This document shows positions 1 to 13,479 of a stretch of 64,000 nucleotides of DNA, piece after piece. The position numbers were made by a program, and so were the translations under genes. This DNA comes from the human T2T-CHM13v2.0 reference genome, Homo sapiens. The number at the start of each line of letters is the position of its first letter. Positions within the stretch are counted from its first letter, which is position 1. The stretch lies in the NCBI RefSeq assembly GCF_009914755.1, contig NC_060926.1. The stretch is one strand, 5' to 3'. Below the pieces are notes generated by a model, which was not told where the DNA came from, made no database searches, and saw nothing but the letters and a program-made list of their open reading frames with translations.

Positions 1-119
1 ATAGGTTATGTGACTAATATCCAGGTTGATTGTTACATGTAACTAGAACCCTAATTAGACTTTGTACATTCTAGTAAAGTTTACACCAAGAGAAGTCAGA
101 AAATATATAATTCAGTTTA

Positions 120-355
120 GAATAGAATTTAAGAACATGGGCTTTGGAGTAGAAACTATTAGGTGTGTGTCTCACTTTTTCTTTTATGAAGTATTTGAAT
201 ATAGCAAATTATTCAACCTACATAAATCTCAACTTCATGATGTATACAATGGACATAATGATATCTCATAGTTTTCTTATAAAGATAAATCACATGATTA
301 TGTAATTAGCACAGTGTCTTTCATAGGATCAATATTCAATAATTATTAGCTATTC
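120..355 (+). mobile_element. MIR SINE (degenerate)
   Basis: MIR-like head 'aagaacatgggctttggagtaga', core 'gcaaattattcaacc', tail 'ttagcacagtgtct...caataattattagctatt'; boundaries approximate. Confidence 0.6.
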
Positions 356-604
356 AATCGTAGAAGGAGAAATAGAAAACCTCCTTAGAGGTAATATAGC
401 CTTTAAACTGATTGGGCCAGAGTGGTCATACAAAAATGTTAGGAAAGGCTTTCAAGAAAATAAAAGCAATATTGGCAAAGGCTAAGAGAAAAAGGTTTAT
501 GTTGAATGTATGCAAAATATAAAGATTTTAATTAGGCTACATTGTTAGTGTATGAATAGTTTTGTTAACGTAATATGGCATATTGTTCTATCAGTTACCA
601 AAAG

Positions 605-740
605 ACATTTTAAAATTCTTCAGTGTGATTCTGTATTTGCCTGTTTCTCATGCTCTTTCTATTTTGCCTTGTATATTTTGAGGTCGTGTTTTTAGAAGCA
701 TATATTTTAGTGTTTTTATATCTTCTTTTTTAGTTTAACC
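605..740 (-). mobile_element. Ancient L1M ORF2 (endonuclease region) fragment
   Basis: 'ttttgccttgtatattttgaggtcgtgtttttagaagcatata' resembles antisense L1M ORF2 endonuclease. Confidence 0.45.
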
Positions 741-794
741 ACCATCATTATATTATCTCTCATTGGAAGAGCTTTTCAATTGCATTATTCTTTA

Positions 795-1690
795 CACATG
801 CTGAACCATTAAACATGTCTCAGTAAATTTAGAAAGGATTGGAATCATACAAGCAAATGAACTCTGAAAAAAATTGAGTTAAACTAGAAATCAGTATTGA
901 AAATATACCTGGAAAATTCCCAAATACTTAGAAAATAAGCCCCATACACTTAAGTAATCCACGAGTCAAAGCTATAGTCATTAGGTAAATTACAAAGATC
1001 AATTATACTCCTATATATTAGCAAACAATATTTGAAAGCTGAAAAATTTTAAAACCAAATCAATCACATAGAATTAATGGAAAAATATAAGGATAAATTA
1101 AATAAAATATGTGCACATTCTATACAAAGAAAATGACCAAAAAATTTTGATGTACATAAATAAAATTAGAAATACGTCAAGTCCTTGGATCAGAAGACTC
1201 AATATTGTTGAGATGCCGATTTTCATGAAATTGATCTTTAGATCCAATATTATCTCAATCGAAATCTCAGCAGGCCTCTTTACAGAAACTACCATGAAAA
1301 AGCAAAAAACACTGGCAAACCAAAACAGTTTCTCTATATCAACGTTGGAGGACTCACATCATCTGATTTTAAGATGTATAGTTATATATTATCCACATAT
1401 AATTGATGTAGAGATTAATGGAACTGAAAAAGAGTGCAGAAATAGATCCACACATACATGGTCTATTGATTTTCAAAGATGTTGCTGAAGTAATTTTATG
1501 TAAAACGACAGTCCCTTCAATAAATGGTACTTATACAATGGTACATTCATATAGATTTCAAAGAAATGAAGTAATACATAACGTATTTTCCAATTATAAT
1601 ACAATTATGCTAAAATCGAAGATTATAATTCAATGTTTGAAAATAGAAGCATAATTCTAAATAACCCTTCAGCCAAAGAAAATATTGGGT
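795..1690 (+). mobile_element. Ancient L1M ORF2 fragments (mosaic)
   Basis: ORF 1111-1488 contains 'PWIRRLNIVEMPI..KLIFRSNIISIEIS', matching L1 ORF2p WIGRLNIVKM..KLIYRFNAIPIKIP; endonuclease-linker-like pieces at ~800-985 and ~1550-1690. Confidence 0.75.
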
Positions 1691-2034
1691 TTAGAATATT
1701 AATTTGAACCTTATTATAAGTTCTGTGGTAATGATCTACAGAAATAATTTAAAGAAAAAAGTTTTTAAGGCTGACCTGACAAAAAAAGAGTCTCTTCTTA
1801 AGACTGTATCCAATTAACACTTAAAACATCTTAAACATATGCTACGATATTTCATGTTTCTTTCATACTTTACTTTTCTCCTGATTGATACTAAATATTA
1901 AGAGTTTAGAATTAATATATCATGTCTGTAAAAGAGAAGGTTTAGTCTTTCAGTTCAGGAAAACATTTGATTGGTAGATAAAATCATTCCAGATAATACT
2001 TCCTTTGGCAGATAATTGAGCATCTAGTAGATTT

Positions 2035-2250
2035 AGTTGGAGTCAAGGTTATTTTATACTTGAATATGGTGCTTACTGTATAACCTACAGAAAATGACTT
2101 AACTCATCTATATTTCAATGTATCCTTTCTAAAATTAGTATGATAGACTCTGCATGTTTTATAAGGTTATGTCTAACATAAATATGACTATAGGTGTGAA
2201 AAGACTTAGTGGTCTCAGAATAATGGTATACACATAAGCATTAATCATTT
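2035..2250 (+). mobile_element. MIR SINE (degenerate)
   Basis: 'ttggagtcaag...cttactgtataacc...aaatgacttaactc' resembles the MIR core. Confidence 0.45.
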
Positions 2251-4914
2251 GCATAAAATCATCATATAAAAATAATGTGTGAATGTAAGTTAAAACAATT
2301 AGCTTTTATTGTGGAGTACTATGAACTAATAGAAATCAAAGCCATCCTGCTCCCATCCCTCCAATCCCTGGGGGCAATACTGTCCAATTTAATCTAATAA
2401 CAAGGATAAGGGAGTTTCCTTAAGGAAAATTATAAAACGTATATATTTTTAAACTTCCACAGAGATCTATATATATTTCATAAAATATTTATATCTACAT
2501 TTTAGTAACTGTGTATTTACATGACACATATAGAAACATTAATATTTGATGTAAACTAAAATGGATTATAAAAATGAAACCATTAGAAGAAAGGCAACTA
2601 CAAAGTATAGAAGAGAACACCAGGGAGCTACTGGAGCTGGTATCTAATGCAAATCTCTGCCTTCTATAGAGCCTCAGTGCCTGGCAGTTCACAGGTTTTG
2701 AGAGATTGTTCAAGAATAATTGAATGAATAAACTTAATCTCATAAGATTGTTAGCAAAAACTCTTGTGACAAGCTTTAACTCCAAAAATGCCATACAGAG
2801 AACACGCACTCATTATGTGACGTTTGAAAAAAACCTATCTTCTTATTTTATGGTTAGAATAATTTGATGATTCTAGAGCAGGCAGGTAGATACTCAAATA
2901 AGTAATCAAGTACAGAGAGAAGAGACATAGGGAGACATAAGGCAAAAATAATTTAAAATGGTCCCACAACAATGAGAGGCAAGAATATCCTAGGACCGAC
3001 ATATTTAGAAAATATTAATATTGCTGCAAACCATTAAAATTCCACTTTCCACTTAAGCATTCAGCAATGGATACAATGGTAACTAAATATTCAAGCTTAG
3101 AAAATGGTGATGGGTTAGATCTCGTTTTTTTCCCTACATGAAATTCACATATCTTGGAGGAGTTATGCTGATAATGGGAACTTTCAATGGAACAATTTCA
3201 GTACTGTGAAACAGTATGTGGGGCAAAAACCTATAAAAATATCATGAAATAGAATATCTAGATTTCCAGTAATGTATCTGCATAAAAATAAACATATCTG
3301 AGTGAGGAATCTGCATATTTTTACCATGCTTTTTCCCCTTCTTTCTATGACATTAAAAGAACAAAAATTGGTGAATTAATCTGACATATATGTTATTAGA
3401 AATTCTAACAGATTTATACATAATTAACCAAAAATGTTGAAAATCAATGTGCAGAAGATCTTGACTTGGGCAAACATGATCTGTGTTCTTTCCTCCAAAA
3501 CAGCTTTTCCAAAAATGCCATCTGTATCTGTCATAAGGATATAACTTGCATTTTTTAAAATTATCACTTATGTATTTTTATTTGCCATTTATTAGTGGCC
3601 CCTTCAAGAAATCTCCAAAAACAATCATATAATTTAATCTTTCTATCTTCTTTTTTCCATAGAGTAGTAAACATTTCTCCAAAATATGTCTACTGCAGAA
3701 TTATATCATCATACATCTGTTTCACTGATCATAATAACACACTTTTCTCATACATTGAGAAATTTCTAAAATGTCCCATCTCACTGAAAGAATCTTCCAC
3801 TTTAATCCATAAAAAAGTCACACTTTTAAGCAGATTGATGCTGATATCCTAAGGAAGCTTAAACTTAGAATAAGAGCAGAGTCATTGCTTCACTTTCTGA
3901 TGGAAAGATGTGTGGGCTCTCTCATCATTTGATCTTTATAAAGTCTACGTGATAAACATAACAATTCAATCAAATTCATTAATTACTAGGCTATAAAATA
4001 ATTTGGAACATTTGAAAAAGGATCATTTTTTCATTCATTTTGAAGTGTGTATTAAGTCATATAACACTGTTATAGCTACAATTTGAATATATAATGGTCT
4101 CATCGTCAAAAATCTCATACAATGGAAAAGAAGATACAGCAGTAACTTATGAAAGTTCTATTAAAAATAAAGTACTATGAAAAGGAGGAAGAATACATAG
4201 GGCAGTTCCCTTAAAAAACTTTCATGTTTGACCTAAAGCCAGAACATTTCGCAGCAGTTTACTCCATTCACTCTACATGTATACTGAATTAACTCTTTGG
4301 TTGATTATGAAAGTTAGATATCTGTTTAGACTATATATCCTCTTCATTGAACTAGCACATACTTTTAACAGATTTACAAATTACAGATAATGTACAATGT
4401 ATATATACTTCATTTATTGCCACTGGGATACTTTATATATAAAAACTGTATCTTTATGATTCCGTGTGTAGGTGTATTACAAACCTCTTCCTAGTTTTAA
4501 AATTTAGATGGCAAATGGAATATGTAATGAAATGAAAATAAGTATTTATGGATATGGAAGTGAGAGAGAAAGAATGGTAGAGAAATAAAATAAAGCTAAA
4601 TGTAAATAAACGGATATCATAAACTCTTATATAGCACAAAGATAGGCTATAAATGGCTTTAAATTCCCTAATAGCCACATCAAAGTGTCATGTGATCATT
4701 TAAAAGAACTATTATGTCTAGAAAGAAAACAAGACATAACAAGACAGAAATCTCAATTGCCCAGAAAAAGCATAAATGTACTTTTATCATGCATGTAGAT
4801 TAAGTTATTTGTTATTAAACTAAAAGATGAATATTACCAATTTTGCAGATACTATTATTCTTCTGTATACTAATGCAAGCATTTCCTGACTCACGTGTTC
4901 TAACTTAAATAGAA

Positions 4915-5310
4915 AATGTTTATTCATGTATACAACCATTCATTCAACACATATTAAAAGAATGGCCACTATGGTGCCAGGTGCTGTTCTATGCACTGAG
5001 GATACTTAAAGCTCCTGCTCTATTCTAATGAAAGAAAACAGACAATAAACAATCAAATAATTACGTGTCAGGTAGTAAGAGAGATATAAATAAAAATAAA
5101 TTAGATCAAGTGGAAAGAGAAAAACAGAGAAGAAAGTGTGTGGTAGAGCACATTATTATACTGGTCTGTTAGGGCTGACCTCACTGATAAGAGAACATTC
5201 GAATCAACAGGACAATTGAGACATATATGAGGAGAGAAAAAGCTACATAAATGTTTGGTTTCAACTGTTTCAAGCAGAGGTGAGATGTTAAAGAGATTTA
5301 GAACATTGAC
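4915..5310 (-). mobile_element. L2 LINE 3' end
   Basis: 'cattcattcaacacatatt...actatggtgccaggtgctgttctatgcactgaggatac' is the reverse complement of the L2 3' terminus. Confidence 0.7.
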
Positions 5311-6009
5311 CAATGGCTGAGACAATACTATGTTCCAAGAGCTATAATGAGAATCTTATATATTATATGTAATTTATATTTCTCAGCACCCTCAGAGAAA
5401 TGAACACTTACAATCTATTTTTATGGTGGAGAATACTGGTTCTTATAGAATGGGAGGAATATATCTGATAGAAATGATGAAGTAGATATCATATATACCT
5501 AATTCAGAAGCTGGTGATATCCTTTAGGCAGATAGCTGATTTTAAAAAAAAGGCTTTCAATACAGACAGCCTATCTATAGACAGTTATGTATGAAAATGC
5601 TTAAGATTGCCTAAAAAGCAAATTATTTGATTCATAACTGCAATGATACACACAAAAAGAGATAAAGCATATATCTCACACATCTCTCAATGGGTAGAGA
5701 AATAGAATGCTCATTTTAAAAATTAGAATAAAAACAGCTAGGTGAAAGCTACTACAGATGTGATTCAAATTAGAAGTGCTTATCCCTGTCATATGTCTTT
5801 TTAATCAATGTTGTATACCATTATTGCTATAGGCTGAAAGGTTCATTTTGTTACATATTATTTTGTAATTACAGGAGGGTTTTCTTTTCCTTGTCTTTGC
5901 TTTAAAAATTTTAGAATACGATGAAAATAATAAATTGGAATAGCACAACTTAAAATAACACATTGATTATTGACTTGGACTTAATTATTTTTACCTATTC
6001 TGTAGACAA

Positions 6010-6160
6010 ATATATATATATATAAAATATGTATTATATATGTATAGTGCATATGTATATACTATGTGTACAGACAGTGTATATACTATACATTATATAT
6101 AGTATATATAATGTATATGTTATATATAGTGTATATACATAATGTGTACATGTAGATATA
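6010..6160. repeat. (TA)n/TG-rich low-complexity tract
   Basis: Degenerate TATA/TGTA repeats seen directly. Confidence 0.85.
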
Positions 6161-6399
6161 ATGCAGGTAAAAAAACTAAGACTGATTTGATCTGAAAGTT
6201 ATACTTTAGGAAAAAAAGTAGTCACTGACCATTTTTAAAGGACAAATTTTAGAGTTAAGAATCAGACGTAAAACAAATATTCGACAACCATAACACTCTG
6301 GCTCTACACATTCAGCTTGAAAGCAGGAATTATGTTGCCACTTCCGTGACTACTGTTCTTTTCAAAGAAAATGATCACTTTACCAGCATAGAGTAAATG

Positions 6400-7078
6400 T
6401 ACAAAACTGCAATCAATATGTCCATGAAAAGAAGTATATGGAAAATTATAAACTTCATTGAAGACATAATTTTAAAACCTAAGGAAATGGAGAGTAATAA
6501 TATCATTATGGATTATGAAATAGGAAGTTTCATTATTGAATATGAATTCTCACTAAATTCATAGTCTCCCCAAATTAATCTATAAATTCAATGCAATGGC
6601 AGGCAAAATTCCAACAGGAATTCTTATGAAACTAGAAAAGATAATCAAAATACTTACACAGCACAGCAGTGGGCAAGAATGCATGAGACAATTTTGCAGA
6701 ATATAAGTGGAATGAATAACTTTTCTAATCCGATGTAAATATATATGATAACGCTATTAAGTTAGCGTAGTTGTTGGAAAGGGTTAGACACATTAAGCAA
6801 TGAGGTAGAATAAAGAATTGAAAAGCAGACTCACTTATGTAAGGAAATAAAGAATAGGAAAGAAAATTCTGCAGATCATTGGTAGAGGAATAAATCAATA
6901 GTATTTTTGCTATCTAAATGAGAAAAAAAAATGTCCCTAACTTACACACTACTGAAAAAATCAATTCCAGGTAGATTAGAGACAAAAGGTAAAGATTAAA
7001 TACGTAAATATTTTTTAAAAAAATACATAAGAATATGTGTGGAACAGGCAGTTAATGAACTAGGAGAGTTGATCATTT
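6400..7078 (+). mobile_element. Ancient L1M ORF2 3' region
   Basis: 'ctccccaaattaatctataaattcaatgcaat...aaattccaacagga' and 'aaaatcaattccaggtagattagagac' are L1M ORF2 motifs. Confidence 0.75.
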
Positions 7079-7093
7079 GAAAGTGGCCATTGG

Positions 7094-8112
7094 ATGGGAG
7101 AAAATTTTTGCAATTTACCCATCTGACAAAGGGCTGATATCCAGAATCTACAAAGAACTTAAAAAAATTTACAAGAAAAAAAATCAAACAACCCCATCAA
7201 AAAGTCGGCAAAAGATATGAACAGACACTTCCCAAAAGAAGACATTTATGCAGCCAACAGACACATGAAAAAATGCTCATCATCACTGGCCGTCAGAGAA
7301 ATGCAAATCAAAGCCACAATGAGATACCATCTTACACCAGTTAGAATGGCGATACCATCTCACACCAGTTAGATTAGAACCAGTTAGAATGACCAGTTAA
7401 AAACTCAGGAAACAACAGGTGCTGGAGAGGATATGGAGAAATAGGAACGCTTTTACACTGTTGGTGGGAGTGTAAACCAGTTCAACCATTGTGGAAGACA
7501 GTGTGGTGATTCCTCAAGGATCTATAACCAGAAATATCATTTGACCCAGCGATCACATTACTGGGTATATACCCAAAGGATTATAAATCATGCTACTATA
7601 AAAACACATGCAGACGTATGTTTATTGTGGCACTACTCACAATAGCAAAGACTTGGAACCAACCCAAATGTCCATCAATGATAGACTGGATTAAGAAAAT
7701 GTGGCACATATACACCATGGAATACTAGGCAGCCATAAAAAAGGATGAGTTCATGTCCTTTGTAGCAACATGGATGAAGCTGGAAACCATCATTCTGTGC
7801 AAACTACCACAAGGACAGAAAACCAAGCACTGCAGGTTCTCACTTATAAGTGGGAATTGAACAATGAGAACACTTGGACACAGGGCGGGGAACATCACAC
7901 ACCGGTGCCTGTCGTGGGGTCCGGGGATAGGGGAGGAATAGCATTAGGAGAAGAGAAATGCCTAATGTAAATGATGAGTTAATGGGAACAGCAAACCAAC
8001 ACGGCACATGTATACATATGCAACAAACCTGCACGTTGTGCACATGTACCCTAGAACTTGAAGTATAATTTAAAAAAATAATAAAATTAAAAATAAAAAT
8101 AAAAATAAAAAA
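7094..8112 (+). mobile_element. 5'-truncated primate L1 (L1PA5-7-like), ~1 kb, 15-bp TSD
   Basis: L1 ORF2 C-terminus, 3'UTR and A-rich tail; exact TSD GAAAGTGGCCATTGG at 7079-7093 and 8113-8127. Confidence 0.95.
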
Positions 8113-8199
8113 GAAAGTGGCCATTGGTGACTTGGGTTTGGATTATTGGGTTTCGGGCAACTGTGGTTTCTATGAACACACATATAAAACACACATATA

Positions 8200-8620
8200 T
8201 TTATGTGAAATATAAAATCACAGTATAAATTTGGTTTAGTATCCCTCTTCTTTTTCACTTAGCACTATACTATGATATTTCCTGGGTATTTAAGTATTAC
8301 TTGAAAAAATTATTTTAACAACTACTCTTATACTGCAACAAAATTTGTGTAATCAAACATTCTGGACAATGCTGTTACTTCCAGACTTTTACTATTATAA
8401 ATTCTGTAGTGATGAGAGATTTTTATGTATAATTTTTTACTTTATCTATATTCGTTTCCGTAGAATGGACTCTTAGAAATGGATTGATAAATAGAATCAT
8501 GCTTCAAGTTCTTGATCCATATTATTATTTTTAAAAATTTGTCCTAGTTTATAATTCAATCAACAACACATAAGAATTTCCTCAACTCAGCTCTACCAGA
8601 CTTAGACATTCGTTTGTTTT
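8200..8620 (-). mobile_element. Ancient L1M 3' region fragment
   Basis: 'cttttttcacttagcact', 'ttccagacttttactattataaattctgtagtgatg' resemble antisense L1M 3' end. Confidence 0.5.
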
Positions 8621-9639
8621 TATTGTTGTTATGATTACGCTGTGGGGTTGTTTATCAGTTTAAGAAAACAGATTGAAATTTTCTTTTGTGAAACCCACTT
8701 ACATGTTAGTATTTTTGTGTTTTACAGTAATTTTACTCATTTGTTTCTATTTTTGCTCTTAAAACTTCATTGGTGTTACAAAATCCTCTCATTACTAACA
8801 CCTATTAAATTTGCATTTTTTCTGAGAAATTTGATTTCTAGTGTTTCAAAATGTAGCTCTTAAGAAAATTTGAAATGTTTTTGATTCAAAGTGAGATAAA
8901 GACCAAGATATTTAAATTTTTGTTCAATATATAATCTCCTTCCCCTACTGATTTAATATTAAGCAAGTTCAACAATACAGAAAAGTTGAAAATGGATTGT
9001 GGCCTTCTATGGAATCACAATCGTATAAATTCACATATCTTCGGTATGGGTTCTCATGTAACCAGAAGCTTTTAAAATCACACTAAGATTATGTCTTCTC
9101 ATAACATAGACACTTGTCCACAAATTGCCAACATTTAGAACATTTTCTGGTCAATGAAAAGACAGCAATAAAGTGCTTTTCAAATAAGCCTATATTGTTA
9201 AATGATCAGCAGCCTCAGAGAGCTTTGTTCAAATTCATATTTGAGAATAATTGCAAATTTCTACATGGCATGAACTGTGGTTTTATAGGCGAGAGATCTT
9301 TAGGACCTGTATTAAGACTTTGGTTATGGTGAAAAGAAGAGGAGGAGCTAGATTAAAAGATACTAGAATATAATGAATCCTTTGCCCTCTAAGGATCTGC
9401 ACATTAAATCCCTATGCTAGTATTCCGTTCCATCAGTAAGTCTGACAATCCTGCTTCCATTATTATAATTCTGTGTGAACTGCTGCAGTTTTATGGTGCC
9501 ACTGATATTAAGAAAGGGATTGTTCTCTCATACTTCTGTTTTAAAATATGTAGGCTTTATTTTTCTTTTCATTCACAGAAAAAATAAACTAACAAGGAAT
9601 TTAACTTTTCAAGACTATAGTCCTCCCTCCATTCACCTC

Positions 9640-9860
9640 CAGCAATGATTACTACAATTGTATTGAATGTTTAGTAATTTGGAAACTAATTTGGGAAGAA
9701 CTGACACCTTTACAGTTGCTGCCCAAGGTCTTGATACAATTCAAAGTCTTTAAATAAATTTTCGTAGTTTACCTCCAAAAATGTATCTTTCGAGGTTAAG
9801 TTTTTATAGCTTGTGATTCCTATTGACAATGAGATATTTTAGTATATATTTTACATATTA
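9640..9860 (-). mobile_element. Ancient L1M ORF2 fragment
   Basis: 'ttgtattgaatg...aatttgggaagaactgacacctttacagttg' is antisense of the LNIVKMSVLPKL region. Confidence 0.55.
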
Positions 9861-10742
9861 TATACACATTATTTTACTTTGAAAAAGCAATTTTTTCAAT
9901 TTTAGAACATTACAAAGTACTGAAAGTATACAAATATATAGTGGCATCTCAGAAAAAACCACTAAAGTCACCTTGAAATGTCTGTTTCTGTTATCTGACA
10001 GTACTGGTAGGTATTGTCCTATGATCCCATTTTACTGGCTTCATTGTCCTTTATATTATGCATATACAGAAATTTAATATTCAATTTTTGAATATCTATG
10101 TGATTCCCTAGTTTAGCTATTATAAATGAAAATGTCAAAAATAAAACATTTGTTTAGATCTATGTTCACATTATGAAATATTTGCTTTTTTAATCTCTAA
10201 AATGTAAAATTATTAGTTTAAATGATATACAGGTATTTATAGCTCTGGGTACGTATTTCCAAACTCAACTACAGAGGTAAATGAGAGTGCACAGCTTCCT
10301 AGATGGTTGCCCAAACTTGTTATTACCACTATTTTTCTTCTTTTTTTAATCAATTCATTATTCTAATTTGCATGTTTACTAATAAAACAGACTGATGATC
10401 TACTCATCATATCACTTTTCCATTTATTTTTATCATTTTTAAAATTTCCAGTTTATGTATAGATATAGACTACGTTGTAGCTTTTAAAAAACATAAAATG
10501 AAGATCCTTTCATAGCAGAAACCTAATTCCTTGGCTTAAGTAACTGTTCTGCCAGTTTTTGCCATGTAGAGCTGAGAATCCTCACGGACCCAACCTCCTG
10601 ACTCCTGCTCGGGTCAGTCTGAGACTGAGAAACAGTGGGACAGCCAGACGCTGATTATCGCGGTGCAGATGATCCCAGGGACAAGGAGTACAGTTTCAAT
10701 GTCGTTTTGACATTTGTAGTTCCATAGGAGAGGGCGGATTTT

Positions 10743-10755
10743 GGTCACAGTGACC
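10743..10755. promoter_or_regulatory. Perfect palindromic oestrogen response element (GGTCAnnnTGACC), candidate ER enhancer
   Basis: tGGTCACAGTGACCt read directly; adjacent GC-box-like GAGGGCGGA; 7 CpGs in 10581-10740. The motif is certain, the function is not shown. Confidence 0.55.
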
Positions 10756-11341
10756 TAGACATGCACTTTTCTTGAGAAATTTCTGTGCAGATGAATTTTG
10801 CAACAAGAGTTCTATAATATAATCTGAAGTTATTAATTGCCAATTGTAGTTTGGTCTTCATTTCACTTCAGCATGGGAGTAAGAGAGATAGGGCTGACAA
10901 TCCTGGCCTGTTCAATTTAAAAAGTGGAAGAATTTAATTTGTTTAAATCACATTTCTCCTAGGGAAAGGCCAGAGACAACCTCATCAGTGACAGAGTTCA
11001 TTTTTCAAAAAATGGATTTGTTCAGTAGAGAATGACTTAACTTAAAATAGGAATTAATACACTAAGGTGCAACTTTTAGAGATCCAAATCCTCCCTTAAA
11101 TGTCTCGTCCAAGTTTATTTACTAGCTGTGTCTGGTTTAGATGATCAGAAACGTTTATCTTACTATACTAAATTAATTTATTTCCTCCCAGGAATCAAGT
11201 TTTATTATACAAAAAATTCCGTACTCTTATCTTTTGATAGGTATGTCCAATAATGCTAATCATAATGAAAACAACAAAGGGTTTTAGGACAGAAAGTAAT
11301 TCTAAAATTCACCTTGTCTTACCATCTCAGTTTGCAGCTAG

Positions 11342-11373
11342 CAAAACAAACAAACAAACAAACAAACAAAAAA
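11342..11373 (+). repeat. (CAAA)n microsatellite
   Basis: caaaacaaacaaacaaacaaacaaacaaaaaa. Confidence 0.9.
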
Positions 11374-11813
11374 CCTCATTGAAGTGTATTGAAATGCCCT
11401 TTGGTTACATTTCTATCTTCTACAATAGATAACGGTACATCTCAGAAAAAAACCATGCTGTGTTTATGTATACATTCCTAAAACCTAACATGACACTTTT
11501 TACCCACTTAAAAGGAATTATTAAATATCTAACAAATACAAGGCTTTCTAAAAGTTGAATAAAACTTCCCAGGCAATCTCAAACTTACAGTACTCCAACA
11601 GCAATTACTTTTATTACTACTATAAAAACAATTGCTGATATATGTAAAAATTGGAAGGAGGGAAGTGTGTTTAATATGCCATTTTATTATATTTATGTAT
11701 TGATTGGCTTGTAAGATACATTGTAGAACAAAGTCATAAAATTATTATTCATCAACAGATCAAAGCATAGTGCAGCAAAATAGCAAACCTTTTTACATCA
11801 TGTCTAAAAAATC

Positions 11814-12026
<213 letters not shown>

Positions 12027-12089
12027 GAGAATCTTAATGCTTAATGTTATTTTTCAAATTTCAAATGAATAGTAATATTTTTGCATGAA

Positions 12090-12350
12090 CTCACTCATTT
12101 GGTCAATAAATGTTAACTGAGCACCTACTAGTGTCAGACATTTCATGAAGCGCTGAAGAAGCAGAAGTGAATAAAGCATGTTTAACAACCTCAAGGTCAG
12201 CATATTGTGGCAGCAGGTAAACAGACAAAAAAATGATTACATAGTGTCTGAGAAGTGCTGAAATAGCAAAAAGTAGTTATTATGGCAACATCTAATCCAC
12301 CTCAAACGTGTTAGCAAAGTCTACTGAGAAGACTTTGGTCTTGAATGAAG
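12090..12350 (-). mobile_element. L2 LINE 3' end
   Basis: 'caataaatgttaactgagcacctactagtgtcagaca' is antisense L2 tail. Confidence 0.6.
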
Positions 12351-12407
12351 GGAAATGACCACTTTACTTAAACCACGACTAGGTCTACATAATAGGCTCA
12401 CATCCTG

Positions 12408-12690
12408 GGAGACAGTGTAATTCAGTAGTAAAATTAAACTAAAACAAAACAAAGTTTAAAAAATTACAACTGGACTAAAAGTCTGTTAGATTGTATTTAA
12501 ATAGAAGCTCTACTACTGGCTTTGTGAACTTGGGCAAGTCACACAGACGCTCTGAGACCCTGTTTCTTCAACTGGCAAATATAGATAATAGCATAGATCT
12601 CACAAGGTTGTTGAGAGGATTAAGAAAATACCAAATTGAAAGGAACTAGCATGATTACTTCTACTGGAAATATGGTACTAACTGAATAAA
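12408..12690 (+). mobile_element. MIR SINE
   Basis: 'ctttgtgaacttgggcaagtcac...tctgagaccctgtttcttcaactggcaaat...ctcacaaggttgttgagaggattaa' MIR core. Confidence 0.75.
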
Positions 12691-13009
12691 ACACATTAAA
12701 CATTAAACTGAATCATGTAATCAAAAGGCAAAATACAATAAATATATAAGGCGTTATCTCTTTTTTTCTGAGAATATACACAATAGGTCAAAAGACGAAT
12801 AGTGACATAGTAAGAGAATATAAAATTGACATATAACAATATATAAATATAATTAACTTATGGGTAGTACAATTTGATATTAGTCATATACTATCATATA
12901 TTAAACACACAAAATATATTACATATTATATCATTGAATTCTATTATGTAATAGAAAAAATATTAGAAAAAATCAATAATACTGTCAATAGCATATCAAA
13001 AACAAGAAA

Positions 13010-13250
13010 AGCAATAACTACCATTTACTGAGACCTCAGCATGCACCAGAAACTAAACTTGAAAACTTTATGAAATGCAATATCTTCATTTATTATCACA
13101 AATAATCTTGTGAAAGAAGTTTTCTTCTTATGCCCAATGTTACAGATACAGATATTGAAGTGCAGTTTGATTAAAAATGCAATCTAAAACCTATACCTAA
13201 TAAATGGTGGAGCCAGGATTAAACTCTGGACCACTTCTTTAGCATTCTAC
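13010..13250 (-). mobile_element. MIR SINE
   Basis: 'accatttactgag...ttacagatacagatattgaag...aaatggtggagccaggattaaactctgg' antisense MIR. Confidence 0.7.
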
Positions 13251-13479
13251 TATGTGTTCATGGAAATAAATAAAATAAGGGCATATAACTGGCTGGTGAA
13301 AGAGGTGGATTTCTTTCCTAGGTGTTGAAGAAAATGATTTCCCCTCTCCCTATGTCTCCCTTTCCTCATCTCTCCTTCCTTCCTTTCCAAACATATGTTA
13401 TTGTTCATATAATAGAGCTATGGTTTATAATTTTTGAGCATATGTTTTGTTTAAAATTTAATCTGGGATGAAAATATCA

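Noticed and set aside
1111-1488. 125-aa ORF
   Set aside because: Decayed L1 ORF2 remnant
10560-10760. Possible coding exon (41-50 aa open stretches, one loosely kinesin-like 'DKEYSFNVVFD')
   Set aside because: No pair of splice sites brackets an open frame; the similarity is too short to support
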